A stretch of DNA of 64,000 nt from an uncultured Bacilli bacterium (GTDB lineage: Bacteria; Bacillota_I; Bacilli_A; RF39; UBA660). The notes beneath the pieces were generated by a model. That model worked only from the letters and a program-made list of their open reading frames with translations. It was not told where the DNA came from and ran no database searches. Where the stretch lies: assembly GCA_944372055.1 (NCBI GenBank), contig CALVYF010000004.1:1810-65809 (forward strand), read 5' to 3'. This document shows, one piece after another, positions 27,023 to 36,763 of this stretch. A program made the translations under genes and the position numbers. Every line of letters begins with the position of its first letter. The stretch's first letter is position 1.

Positions 27023-28579
27023 ATGATTATTAGGAAACCTTATGCTTTTTTGATTAAAAACTTTAGAAAAATTCATATCTTTTTGTTGGTTTTATGTGGC
27101 TTTATCTATTATAAGTGTATGCAAACACGTTCTTTTGTTACTGAGTTTTTGCAACTTGAAACTTATGATGCTTATTATGAACCTATTACTAAATATGCTA
27201 GTGTTATATCTTTATTAGTATTGCTTATCATTGTTCTTTTATCTGTTGTTTTGGTTGTTTTACTGCGTTATAAGAAGAAGCCTTGGAAATTATATATCAT
27301 TCCTTTAGTTACATATACCTTTTTATTTTTCACTTTTGTTTTGACTATTTCTCTTTTTTCTGGTTATGATTCTTCTTCTGGAACGACGGGGATTCGTGCG
27401 ATTGGTGATTTGCTTTTCATTGGAACAATACCTCAGTATCCAGTTATTATTATCTTATTGATGCGTATTTTTGGTGTTGATTTAAATAAATTTGATTTTA
27501 AATCTGATCAAGAATATTTAGAATTAAACAGTGAAGATAGAGAAGAAATTGAAATTAGTGTAAATATTGATAAAGATAGTTTTAAAAGAGTATTTAAACG
27601 TTTAAAGAGAAATGCTGGTTATTTTTATCAAGAACATCACTTTTTTGTGAATATTCTTGCTTCTATTTTAGTTGTTGTTTGTGTTGTTAGTATTTATAGA
27701 TTTGTCTTTATTGTTCATAAGTCTTATAAACAAGGTGATACTATTGAAACCAATGGTTATACAATTAGTATTAATCATAGTTATTTTACGGATAAAGATT
27801 ATCGTGGTGAAGTAATTTCTAAGGCTAGTGATTTTGTTGTTTTGGATATTACTATTAAAAATAATGTTGGTGAAAGAGAAGTCAATTTTAATCGTTTTCA
27901 TGTTATGAATGGAACTGGTAATTATACACAAACCTATGAAACTTATGCCAATGACTTTAAAGATTTAGGTGATACGGTTGATAAACTTATCCTTGGCAGT
28001 CAAGATTCTAAAAGACTTCTTTTAGTTTTTAAGGTGGATAAAGATTTAAATCCTGATAAGTTTGTTCTTTATTATCAGGAACTTGATAATAATAAACCAT
28101 ATTTAAGAAAAATAAAATTAGATATGAAAGATTATAGTAAAATTGAAAAACAAAAAACTAAAGTTTTGCGTGAGGAAGAGACTATGCAGCTTGGAGAAGA
28201 AGAACTATCTTTTTCAATTGAGGATGTTAGTTTAGTTAGTCAGACAACCTATCATACCCGGGTATGTTCTAGTCGTAATAATTGTTATTCTACTCTTAAT
28301 AATTTGGTTGCAAGAGAGGGAAAATTATTATTACAAATATTCTTTTTATCTCCTGTTTTGACGGGGAAAGATTTCGTTGACTTTTCTATGGAATATGGTA
28401 AAATTGTTTATATAAATGATAAAGGTAAGCAACGTGAGATTTCGATTGTTGATGCTCTTGATAAAGACTATAATGGTAATTATATGTATTTGGAAGTGCC
28501 ACGGAGTTTACAAGAGGCTAATGAGATTCGGTTGGTATATACGGTGAGAAATAAGAAATATGTATATAGGTTGAAATAG
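27023..28579 (+). CDS. polytopic membrane protein with a C-terminal extracytoplasmic beta-rich domain
   Basis: About 5 TM helices in the first 230 aa. This is followed by a domain with a DUF4352-like pattern (FVVLDITIKNN..REVNF..FHVMNG...RLLLVFKV). The family call is tentative. Confidence 0.5.
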   Translation: MIIRKPYAFLIKNFRKIHIFLLVLCGFIYYKCMQTRSFVTEFLQLETYDAYYEPITKYASVISLLVLLIIVLLSVVLVVLLRYKKKPWKLYIIPLVTYTFLFFTFVLTISLFSGYDSSSGTTGIRAIGDLLFIGTIPQYPVIIILLMRIFGVDLNKFDFKSDQEYLELNSEDREEIEISVNIDKDSFKRVFKRLKRNAGYFYQEHHFFVNILASILVVVCVVSIYRFVFIVHKSYKQGDTIETNGYTISINHSYFTDKDYRGEVISKASDFVVLDITIKNNVGEREVNFNRFHVMNGTGNYTQTYETYANDFKDLGDTVDKLILGSQDSKRLLLVFKVDKDLNPDKFVLYYQELDNNKPYLRKIKLDMKDYSKIEKQKTKVLREEETMQLGEEELSFSIEDVSLVSQTTYHTRVCSSRNNCYSTLNNLVAREGKLLLQIFFLSPVLTGKDFVDFSMEYGKIVYINDKGKQREISIVDALDKDYNGNYMYLEVPRSLQEANEIRLVYTVRNKKYVYRLK

Positions 28580-28589
28580 GAGAAATATT

Positions 28590-30407
28590 ATGGATAATCA
28601 AAAAGTTATTGATAAGAAATTTATTAGATATCTTAAAACTGCTGTTGTAGTAATCGTTATTGCATTATTTTTATGGTTTTTAGTTATTCATCCTTTACTT
28701 ACATTTCATGGCTATGAAAAAGATATAGAGGCTGCTGCTAAAAGATATTACGAGATTAATGCAAGAGAATTACCTACTGGAACTCGTGTAAAGACAATTA
28801 GTGTTCAAAAATTATTTGATCAAGCTTATTTAAAAGAAGATTTTTATGTTCCTTTTTCTAAAAAACCATGTTCTATTACAGATAGCTGGGTTAAAGTTAG
28901 ACAAGAAGATGGAGAATATAGGTATTACACTTATTTAAAATGCGGTATTATTTCTTCTAATGTTGATCATAAAGGACCTGAAATTACTTTAAATGGGAAT
29001 GAAGAAGTTACTATTAATTTGGGTTCTAAGTATAAAGAAGAAGGCGTTAAAAGTGTTGTTGATAATATTGATGGCAAGATGGATGTTAAGAATGTAGAAA
29101 TTGATTCTACTGAGGTTAATACTAATAAGGCTGGTACTTATAAAGTAATATATACTGCCACTGATAGTTTGAACAATACAAATGAAGTTGTTAGAACAGT
29201 TAAGGTAGTAGAAAGGTTAAAAAATACAGTAAATAAGGCTACTAATAAGACTGGAGTATATACTGGGTCTAATCCAAATAACTATATTTATTTTTCGAAA
29301 ATGTTATTTAGAATTGTCGATATAGATGGTGACAATGTAAGAATTGTTGCAGAACAAGATGTTAGTAATGTTAATTATACTGCTATTGATGAATGGTTAG
29401 AGTATTATTATGATCATATCGCTGACGAATCTAAAAAAATTGTTGTAAAAAATAAATATTGTGATATGCAGACTAATGATAATGATATTTCTAGTATAGA
29501 TAAATGTAGTTCTTATACGAAAGAAAAAGAAGTCTCTATTTTATCAGCTAGTGATATTAATCAAGCAACAACAGAAGAGGGGAATTGGTTGCGTCCTGAT
29601 AGCATTTCCTGGGTTCGTAATGAAAAAGATAATAAGAATGCTTATACAGTTAGAAATAGATTCTATAATACAGATGCTCGTTATATGTCTTTTGATCAAA
29701 ATTATAATTTTGGTATTCGTCCAGTTTTGACTATTAAAGGTTCTACTTTAATAGAAGATGGCGATGGTACAAAAGAGAATCCTTATTCTATTGGGGATAT
29801 GGAAAGTGCTAAAGCTGGAGATAAATTAAATACGAGATATTCAGGTGAATTTGTTTCTTATTCTGGAATGTTATGGAGAGTTATGGAAATAGATTCTGAT
29901 AATACTACAAAAGTCATTGCTAATACTACTATTTATAATGATGGAGAACGTGTCCTTACTTCTTATGATACAGATTTAAAAGCAAAAATTTATAATCCCA
30001 AAGAACGTGGTAATGTAGGTTACTTTATTACTAATCAAGCTACACGATATCTAAATATGGATTCTTTTGTAACTAAAGAAATTGAAGTTCCTATTTATCA
30101 TAATATGATTCGATATGGAAAAGAAAGCACTACTAAAAAATATAAAGTAAAGATTTCTGCTCCTAATATGTATGAGATGTTTAGTGCTTTTGATTATAAT
30201 TCTGTTACAATGAAATCTTATTGGTTGATTAACTCTTCTAAAGCACAATATACAAAGGCACTGATTTCTGATATTGGTGTTGTGATGTATGGTTCTATTT
30301 ATGATAATGTAGAGTATGGTATTCGCCCTGTAGGTTATTTGAGTAAAGATTGTTCTATTGTGCGTGGTAAAGGTACTTATGAAGATCCATATATTATAGC
30401 AGAATAG
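28590..30407 (+). CDS. membrane-anchored surface protein: pilin-head-like domain, Ig-like (DUF5011-type) domain and two copies of a C-terminal module
   Basis: TM anchor followed by AAAKRYYE..ELP..ISVQKL..C..VKV..YRYYTYLKCG, which is alignable with the giant pilin head. GPEITLNG...GTYKVIYTATD...RTVKV is Ig-like. There are two modules ending in GIRPV...G(D/K)GT.E(N/D)PY(S/I)I. Confidence 0.6.
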   Translation: MDNQKVIDKKFIRYLKTAVVVIVIALFLWFLVIHPLLTFHGYEKDIEAAAKRYYEINARELPTGTRVKTISVQKLFDQAYLKEDFYVPFSKKPCSITDSWVKVRQEDGEYRYYTYLKCGIISSNVDHKGPEITLNGNEEVTINLGSKYKEEGVKSVVDNIDGKMDVKNVEIDSTEVNTNKAGTYKVIYTATDSLNNTNEVVRTVKVVERLKNTVNKATNKTGVYTGSNPNNYIYFSKMLFRIVDIDGDNVRIVAEQDVSNVNYTAIDEWLEYYYDHIADESKKIVVKNKYCDMQTNDNDISSIDKCSSYTKEKEVSILSASDINQATTEEGNWLRPDSISWVRNEKDNKNAYTVRNRFYNTDARYMSFDQNYNFGIRPVLTIKGSTLIEDGDGTKENPYSIGDMESAKAGDKLNTRYSGEFVSYSGMLWRVMEIDSDNTTKVIANTTIYNDGERVLTSYDTDLKAKIYNPKERGNVGYFITNQATRYLNMDSFVTKEIEVPIYHNMIRYGKESTTKKYKVKISAPNMYEMFSAFDYNSVTMKSYWLINSSKAQYTKALISDIGVVMYGSIYDNVEYGIRPVGYLSKDCSIVRGKGTYEDPYIIAE

Positions 30408-30422
30408 GTAGGTGATGGTAGT

Positions 30423-31229
30423 ATGAAGAAAAAAACTAAACTGCTGATTTCGAAAAAAAAGAAAGTATTTCTAATTATTGGAATTCTATCTTTTTTGTGT
30501 TTACTGGCAGCAATTATTTTCTTGTTGTTTTATGATTATTATCCAGTGGAAACTCGTATTGATAAAGTTTTAGAGTATCAAAAAGAAGATAGTGATGATT
30601 ATAATACGATAGGATGGCTTCGGGTTCAGGGGACTAATATAGATTATCCTGTAATCTATGCTCCTTCCTATGATTTTGGTGGAATGACGCATGATTTTCT
30701 TTGGAATGAAGTTAAAAGCGATAAACTTTTAAATCAAGTAACTGTTAGTGGTCATAATATTTTAAATTTATCTAAAAAACCTTTGGTTGTTAATAAGAAT
30801 CATAAAAGATTTGAGCAATTAATGAGTTTTGTTTATTTAAATTTTGTAAAAGATAATAAATATGTTCAGTATACGGTTAATGGTAAAGATTATTTATATA
30901 AAATATTTTCTGTTTCTTTTCCAGAAAGCTCTGATATAAAAAAGTTTACAAGAAAAGATCTTAGTAAAAAAGAAATGAGAGCATATTTAAATAAATCTAT
31001 AGATGAAAGTATTTTTGATTTTGATATAGATGTTAATGAGGGTGATAAAATTCTTTCTTTGGTTACCTGTACGAGGATGTTTGGTCATTACAATGATATT
31101 GAGTTTAGGGTAGATGCAAGATTGGTTCGAAAAGGTGAATTGAAGTCGAACTATGATGTTCAAAAAAGTAAGAATTATCATGAGATAGAAGAAATCATGA
31201 AAGGTGGAGAAAATGATGAAAAAGTGTAG
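30423..31229 (+). CDS. class B-like sortase
   Basis: N-terminal TM helix. Motifs GWLRVQGTNIDYPVIY, VSGHN (His), LSLVTCT (Cys) and FRVDARLVR (Arg). Confidence 0.7.
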   Translation: MKKKTKLLISKKKKVFLIIGILSFLCLLAAIIFLLFYDYYPVETRIDKVLEYQKEDSDDYNTIGWLRVQGTNIDYPVIYAPSYDFGGMTHDFLWNEVKSDKLLNQVTVSGHNILNLSKKPLVVNKNHKRFEQLMSFVYLNFVKDNKYVQYTVNGKDYLYKIFSVSFPESSDIKKFTRKDLSKKEMRAYLNKSIDESIFDFDIDVNEGDKILSLVTCTRMFGHYNDIEFRVDARLVRKGELKSNYDVQKSKNYHEIEEIMKGGENDEKV

Positions 31230-33981
31230 TAGAAGAATAATAGGGGTTTTTATACTTTTCGTTGTCGCAGTCGTTGCATTTTGTAGTTATAATATTTTAA
31301 GTTCTAGTCACTCTGCTCATGTTAGTAGAAATGAGAACTTAGCTAAAACTACAGATGGTGCTGCTTGTAATAATGATCAAGAAATGAGCGGGGAGTATAA
31401 TCCTAAAGTTTCATTTTCACAAGGGAAAGCGACAATTACTGTTAAAAAAGGTAGTTTTCGTGTCACTAATGTTACAAATGGGGAGATTTTAACAAATAAT
31501 CCTATGGATCTTGGTGTTGTTACTCCTGATAGTCCAATGGAAATTAACTTTAACACTAGTGCTTCTACTGATGTTGTATTACATTTTGTTTTAGCAGAGA
31601 CTGATGATACCTGTCTTTCTTATGATGAAGCACCATTTAATAGTGATGGTCAAAAGGCAGGTACTTATGAATTTGATATGACATTGCAGTTGAAACCACA
31701 GATGGATACACCATTAAAAGATAATAAAAATTATAATGGCATTTGTAGTGTTTTTAGAACGGGTACTGGCTATGAAAATTATGCTGCTATCTTTAAAGAA
31801 GCGGGAGTTAGTAAAAGTGATATTGAAAAATATAATTATAGTGCAGTAGATGCAAATCAAAAAGGTACTTATGATAGTATTATTCCTTATTGCTTATCTT
31901 CTAATCAAGTTACATTTAATTATACGGAAGAGCAGACAGCATCTTTAATTGCATCAGCAATTCTTATTGTTAGAAATCAAGCATCTGTTAGTGGAGAAAC
32001 TGATGTTTCAGAGTCTTTTATGACTGCATTTAACGATGCAAAAAGTAAGGCTTTATCTTTAGGTCATGATTATACTAATTTAGTTAAAAATGGTAGTATT
32101 GATGATACTCGCTTTGGAATGACTTGTGATTGGAAATTAGAGGAGTCTGACAGTGATTATTATGTAAATAAAGATTATTATTATGCTAAAGAAGTTGATA
32201 CTAAAAATATTAAATATACTTATCATTATACTTCTGGTAAGACAGAAGAAGTATCAGGTGGTTCTTGTACAAGAACTTGTGAGGAATCTGTGGTAGTTGA
32301 ATATGGTCCTCCTGTTGCATCTAAAGCAGGACTTTGTTTTGAATATAAAGTTAGGGTAACAAGCAGAGTAGTTTGTGATTCTTCTTTAAAATTACAACCA
32401 CCTACTACACCTAGTATTTGTACACCTACTCCATATTGTAATCAAGTTTCTGGGTTTACGCATCAAGGTGGACCTAATGAAGATTTTGAAAAATGTATTC
32501 AAGAATGTGATGGTGGAAAGTATAGTCAAAGTTGTAGTAATAAATGTTATAGTAAAGTTTATGCAAATGATGAAAGTAATGTTGATTTATTAGCTATTCG
32601 TTATGGAAATCAGTCTATTGTACAAAAAATGTGGAGTTCTTCTTTCCCAGGTTACAGTGGTCGCTATGTATGGAAAAATGGCAACATTGTTTGGGAAGGT
32701 AGTGGTTATGGTCGCTGGTATGAGGAATTTGAGGATGCTCGAACTCGTGGAGATCATGGTCATTATAATGTTTATTCTGGATTCAAGAAGGCTGATTATG
32801 GAGATGGAGATGTTTGTGCAGATAATTGTTATTGGTCTGGTTGTTCCGCTAATTCTTATTTAAATGAGTCTGATGCTGCTAAAGATACCGTTAACAATAT
32901 GAAAAAATATAATCAAGCGATTGCATCTTGCAGTGGTTCTGCTAGTTGTACTACGAAGACTGCTGAGTTTACCATAGGTATTGATTATACGGATACTGCT
33001 GGTGAAGATCATACAGTCGATTTCCCATTAGCTAGTTCAAAAGTTGATTCTGCTAAATTACCAAGTCATGGTGAAGGATTTAGTGGAACTACTTCAGGTA
33101 CGGAAATATTTATTCCAGAGTTAACGATTACTCCTGAAGATGAAGATGGTTATGCTGGATGTTATGATGATGCTAGTGCTAAGAATTGGTATCAAGTAGC
33201 TTGGAGTTTCCCTGGTACATGGATTAATAATAAGACTGGTGAAATTTCTTATGTTAATAAAGGAAATGATACAGCTTGGCATAAGCAAGAAGATAAATTC
33301 TGTATGCCATTAAATGCAGCTAGTGTTAATCAGACTTGGTGGAATTGGAAATTAATTGATAAAAACACTTCTGTAGATGAGAGTGATATTGATTATAATA
33401 TTCATGCTGCTACTACAGATTTTGGATATTTTGGATGGAATTTCGATTTTGAATGCTTCTATGCATTACAAAATGAAGAAGTATGTACTGGCGATGATTG
33501 TGATTCTGATTCTGATACTACAATTTCTACTGAAGATTATGTATTTAGAATCGTTGATTTAAATAATTTGTTCCCTGAGTCTGAAGAGTCTACTGAAAAG
33601 AATGAAAGTAAATTAGAAATTACAGGACGTCAACCTGGTTATAACTGGACGTTAGATGCCGATAATGTTGGAAATCAGACTACAGCTTTGTCTTTAACTG
33701 CTAAGAATACAAGTTATCCTGTAAATCCAATTGAATTAATTCAAGATATTCAATCTAAAGGTAATAGTATTTATTCTGATGAGTATCTTGATTATCGAAT
33801 TACTTTAGATAGTGATGCTTTAAAATATTTAAGGAATTATAATAAACAATATAAATATACTGATTATCAAGGTTCTACCGCTGTTAAAAATGGAGTTACT
33901 GCTTATAGAAGTTCAGTTATTACTAAACTTAATCCATCTAAGCGTGCTGGATATGGTAATAATACTGGGAAGGGGGCATAA
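31213..33981 (+). CDS. large secreted cysteine-rich protein (candidate adhesin or tip protein)
   Basis: The ATG at 31213 follows AAGGTGGAG. Signal/anchor RRIIGVFILFVVAVVAF. There are 27 Cys in the track ORF, many in CxxC-like or closely spaced pairs. No C-terminal sorting signal. No family recognised. Confidence 0.6.
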   Translation: MMKKCSRRIIGVFILFVVAVVAFCSYNILSSSHSAHVSRNENLAKTTDGAACNNDQEMSGEYNPKVSFSQGKATITVKKGSFRVTNVTNGEILTNNPMDLGVVTPDSPMEINFNTSASTDVVLHFVLAETDDTCLSYDEAPFNSDGQKAGTYEFDMTLQLKPQMDTPLKDNKNYNGICSVFRTGTGYENYAAIFKEAGVSKSDIEKYNYSAVDANQKGTYDSIIPYCLSSNQVTFNYTEEQTASLIASAILIVRNQASVSGETDVSESFMTAFNDAKSKALSLGHDYTNLVKNGSIDDTRFGMTCDWKLEESDSDYYVNKDYYYAKEVDTKNIKYTYHYTSGKTEEVSGGSCTRTCEESVVVEYGPPVASKAGLCFEYKVRVTSRVVCDSSLKLQPPTTPSICTPTPYCNQVSGFTHQGGPNEDFEKCIQECDGGKYSQSCSNKCYSKVYANDESNVDLLAIRYGNQSIVQKMWSSSFPGYSGRYVWKNGNIVWEGSGYGRWYEEFEDARTRGDHGHYNVYSGFKKADYGDGDVCADNCYWSGCSANSYLNESDAAKDTVNNMKKYNQAIASCSGSASCTTKTAEFTIGIDYTDTAGEDHTVDFPLASSKVDSAKLPSHGEGFSGTTSGTEIFIPELTITPEDEDGYAGCYDDASAKNWYQVAWSFPGTWINNKTGEISYVNKGNDTAWHKQEDKFCMPLNAASVNQTWWNWKLIDKNTSVDESDIDYNIHAATTDFGYFGWNFDFECFYALQNEEVCTGDDCDSDSDTTISTEDYVFRIVDLNNLFPESEESTEKNESKLEITGRQPGYNWTLDADNVGNQTTALSLTAKNTSYPVNPIELIQDIQSKGNSIYSDEYLDYRITLDSDALKYLRNYNKQYKYTDYQGSTAVKNGVTAYRSSVITKLNPSKRAGYGNNTGKGA

Positions 33982-33987
33982 TTATTT

Positions 33988-34452
33988 ATGAATAAAGCGA
34001 TGTTAACCGTTGGTATTATCATTTTAAGTTTAGCTACTTTATTAATGATTAATATTATTTCCAATTATTCATCAGGTAGTGAGTTGGATTACTACCTGGT
34101 GAAGGAAACATCAGAAGCAGCTATGGTTGATGCTATTGATGTAAAGTATTATCGTGAAAATGGATTACTTCGTATTGATAAAGAAAAATTTGTTGAGAGT
34201 TTTGTTAGAAGATTTGCTGATTCTGTAGATACTACTAGAAATTATCAACTTTCTTTCTATGATTTAAATGAAGTTCCACCAAAAGTAAGTGTCAAAGTAG
34301 ATTCTTCTACAGTACTAAGTTTTAAGGGTTCTGATTTGGAGATGTCTACAAAATTAGATGCTATTTTAGAAAATACTTATAAAACTGATCCATTAGTTAC
34401 TACAGAGATTAATGATCCAGATAGTGATTTTGGTAAACCAGTGGAAGAATAA
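33988..34452 (+). CDS. small membrane-anchored protein, possible TadE/TadF-like pseudopilin
   Basis: N-terminal hydrophobic helix MLTVGIIILSLATLLMINII with a 120-aa domain. Located just upstream of cpaB. The function is inferred from context only. Confidence 0.35.
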   Translation: MNKAMLTVGIIILSLATLLMINIISNYSSGSELDYYLVKETSEAAMVDAIDVKYYRENGLLRIDKEKFVESFVRRFADSVDTTRNYQLSFYDLNEVPPKVSVKVDSSTVLSFKGSDLEMSTKLDAILENTYKTDPLVTTEINDPDSDFGKPVEE

Positions 34453-34471
34453 AAAGGAAGGTGAGGATAAA

Positions 34472-35290
34472 ATGGGAAATCTCAGTGTTGGAATAAAAAA
34501 GTTTTTATCCAATAAAAATACAGTTACTGTTGTTGGTGTGGTTGTTGCTGTTTTGGTATTATATATAGCATATAATATGCGTGTTCAAGCAGCTGTAAAT
34601 CCTATTAGTGTTCCGTATGCGACAGAGCAAATTGAGCCAGGGACACAAATTACAGAGGATATGGTAAGTACAATGGATGTTCCTCCTTCAATGCTTGAAG
34701 GAGATGTTATTAGAAATCAAGCTGATGTTATTGATAAATATTCTAATGCAGATACATTAATACCTCAGGGAAGTTTATTTTATACTAGACAAGTAGTTGA
34801 AAAAGAACAATTACCGGCTAATATTATTTTAGATTATCCTAAGGGTTATGTTTTATATAATATGCCTGTTAATACTGAATCTACTTATGGTAATTCTATT
34901 TATCCAGGAAATTATATTGACATTTATTTAAAAATAACTAGAAAAAGTACTGGTGATCAACAAGCTGTTACTAATGAAGATAGTGAGTTGATGCAGTATG
35001 GTAAGTTTATTCAGAATGTTAAAGTTTTAGCTGTTAAAGATTCTTCTGGTCAACCTGTATTTTCTAATTTGGATGAGCAAAGAACTCCAGCGATGTTAGT
35101 ATTTGCTTTACCTGAGGAGTATTATATTTTATTAAAGAAAGCAAGTTATTTAACTTTGTATGATTCTGAGCTTGTTCCAGTTCCAACTAATGAAAGTTTA
35201 CAAGATAAACCTGATGATTTGGAAATGAGTAGTGAAAGTCTTCGTGATTGGATTGAAACTGTTACTTACTGGGACGAAAGTATGGGGTAG
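34472..35290 (+). CDS. cpaB: Flp pilus assembly protein CpaB/RcpC-like (SAF domain)
   Basis: TM anchor followed by a SAF-like segment (EQIEPGTQITEDMVSTMDVPPSMLEGDVI) and VKVLAV. Confidence 0.6.
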   Translation: MGNLSVGIKKFLSNKNTVTVVGVVVAVLVLYIAYNMRVQAAVNPISVPYATEQIEPGTQITEDMVSTMDVPPSMLEGDVIRNQADVIDKYSNADTLIPQGSLFYTRQVVEKEQLPANIILDYPKGYVLYNMPVNTESTYGNSIYPGNYIDIYLKITRKSTGDQQAVTNEDSELMQYGKFIQNVKVLAVKDSSGQPVFSNLDEQRTPAMLVFALPEEYYILLKKASYLTLYDSELVPVPTNESLQDKPDDLEMSSESLRDWIETVTYWDESMG

Positions 35291-35319
35291 AAATTAACGA
35301 ATAAAAAGGAGTTGGGCAT

Positions 35320-36747
35320 ATGAATGAGAACATATTTGATAAGTTAGATTTTGGTCCTTTGCGTCCTTTGCTTGATAATGATGATATTACGGATATTTCA
35401 TTCGATAATAATGGTCAGATTTGGGTAAGGTCTCTAACACAAGGATCTTTAAGAGTAGAGGTTCAAGGATTAACTCCTGAATTTATTGAGAAGTTAGCTT
35501 TTCAATGCTCTAATGTTATGGGAACTACATTTAACAATGCTAAACCATTCTTGGATGCTGAATCAGCAGAGTTACGTTTGAATTTCGTTCATCCTTCTAT
35601 TGCTACTAACGGAATTGCGATGGTTATTCGTAAAACTCCTGCTAAAATTCGTTTGGAAAAGGATAAGTTACTTAAAGATGATTATTTTACACAAGATATT
35701 CATGATATTTTGATTAAATGTGTGGAAGGTCACTGTAATATTATTGTCTGTGGAGAGACTGGTTCTGGTAAAACAGAATTTGTTAAGTACTTGGCGAGTC
35801 ATACGCGTACAAATGAAAAGATTATTACTATTGAAGATACTTTAGAACTTCATTTGGATAAAATTTTCCCTCAAAGAGATATTGTTGCGATGAAGACTAA
35901 TAATGTTGCTAGTTATACAGATGTGCTTGTTACTTGTATGCGTCAGAATCCTAAATGGATATTATTATCTGAGGTTCGTAGTGCAGAAGCTGTTTCGGCA
36001 GTTCGTAACTCTATTTCTTCTGGACATAATATTTTATCAACCATTCATGCTGATAAAGCTTCTGCTATTCCTTATCGTATGTATAGTTTGATGGAAACAG
36101 ATTTGGATGTTAATCAATTTTTAAATACTATTTATCGATATATTCAAATTGGTGTTCATATTAAGGCTTATTATAGTAAGGAATTGGGAAAATTTCATCG
36201 TGAGGTTGATGAAGTTGCTGAATTCTATGTTGATGAGGAAAATAAACCGCAATGTAGAATTATATATCAAAAATTGTTTGGACAGGAACCGGTGTTACGT
36301 AAACCTAGTCCACATTTAATTGAATATTTAGAAAATCAAAATATTGATATTAACTCTATTACTGAACATTTAAGCGATGATTTACCGTTTAAAGATGATG
36401 AAGAGAAGGAAGAATATATGGAGAGTCATAAAGCAGAGGATGATACTACTGGTGATTCTGTGGAGACTACTAACGATGAAGAAGTTCCTCAAGTTGTAAA
36501 TATTACTCCTGTAGTGCAACCAACAGTACAAAGTGCTCCTGTTGTTAATTCAACAGTCCCTAATTCGAGTGCTGTACTAGCTGTAACACCGACGGTTCAA
36601 GTTCCAGCAGCTATGAGTGTAGAACCATCTATACAACTTGCTCCTACTGTGGAGACATCTCCAAATACTTCCACTATACCTACTCCTAATGAAGCACTAA
36701 ACGTTACGTCACCTGTAGATTTTTCTTCTTTAGGTAATTTAGAGTAG
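35320..36747 (+). CDS. cpaF: CpaF/TadA-type secretion ATPase (T2SSE family) with a P/T/V-rich C-terminal tail
   Basis: Walker A VCGETGSGKTEF, TIEDTLEL, Walker B-like WILLSEVR and His box STIHA. The last 120 aa or so are low-complexity. Confidence 0.85.
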   Translation: MNENIFDKLDFGPLRPLLDNDDITDISFDNNGQIWVRSLTQGSLRVEVQGLTPEFIEKLAFQCSNVMGTTFNNAKPFLDAESAELRLNFVHPSIATNGIAMVIRKTPAKIRLEKDKLLKDDYFTQDIHDILIKCVEGHCNIIVCGETGSGKTEFVKYLASHTRTNEKIITIEDTLELHLDKIFPQRDIVAMKTNNVASYTDVLVTCMRQNPKWILLSEVRSAEAVSAVRNSISSGHNILSTIHADKASAIPYRMYSLMETDLDVNQFLNTIYRYIQIGVHIKAYYSKELGKFHREVDEVAEFYVDEENKPQCRIIYQKLFGQEPVLRKPSPHLIEYLENQNIDINSITEHLSDDLPFKDDEEKEEYMESHKAEDDTTGDSVETTNDEEVPQVVNITPVVQPTVQSAPVVNSTVPNSSAVLAVTPTVQVPAAMSVEPSIQLAPTVETSPNTSTIPTPNEALNVTSPVDFSSLGNLE

Positions 36748-36763
36748 AGAGGGGTGTAAATTT

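Noticed and set aside
33925-33981. LNPSKR near the C-terminus of the 922-aa protein as a class B sortase NPxTx-type sorting signal.
   Set aside because: It is not followed by a hydrophobic membrane-spanning segment and basic tail (the sequence ends AGYGNNTGKGA). It therefore does not meet the established tripartite sorting signal definition.
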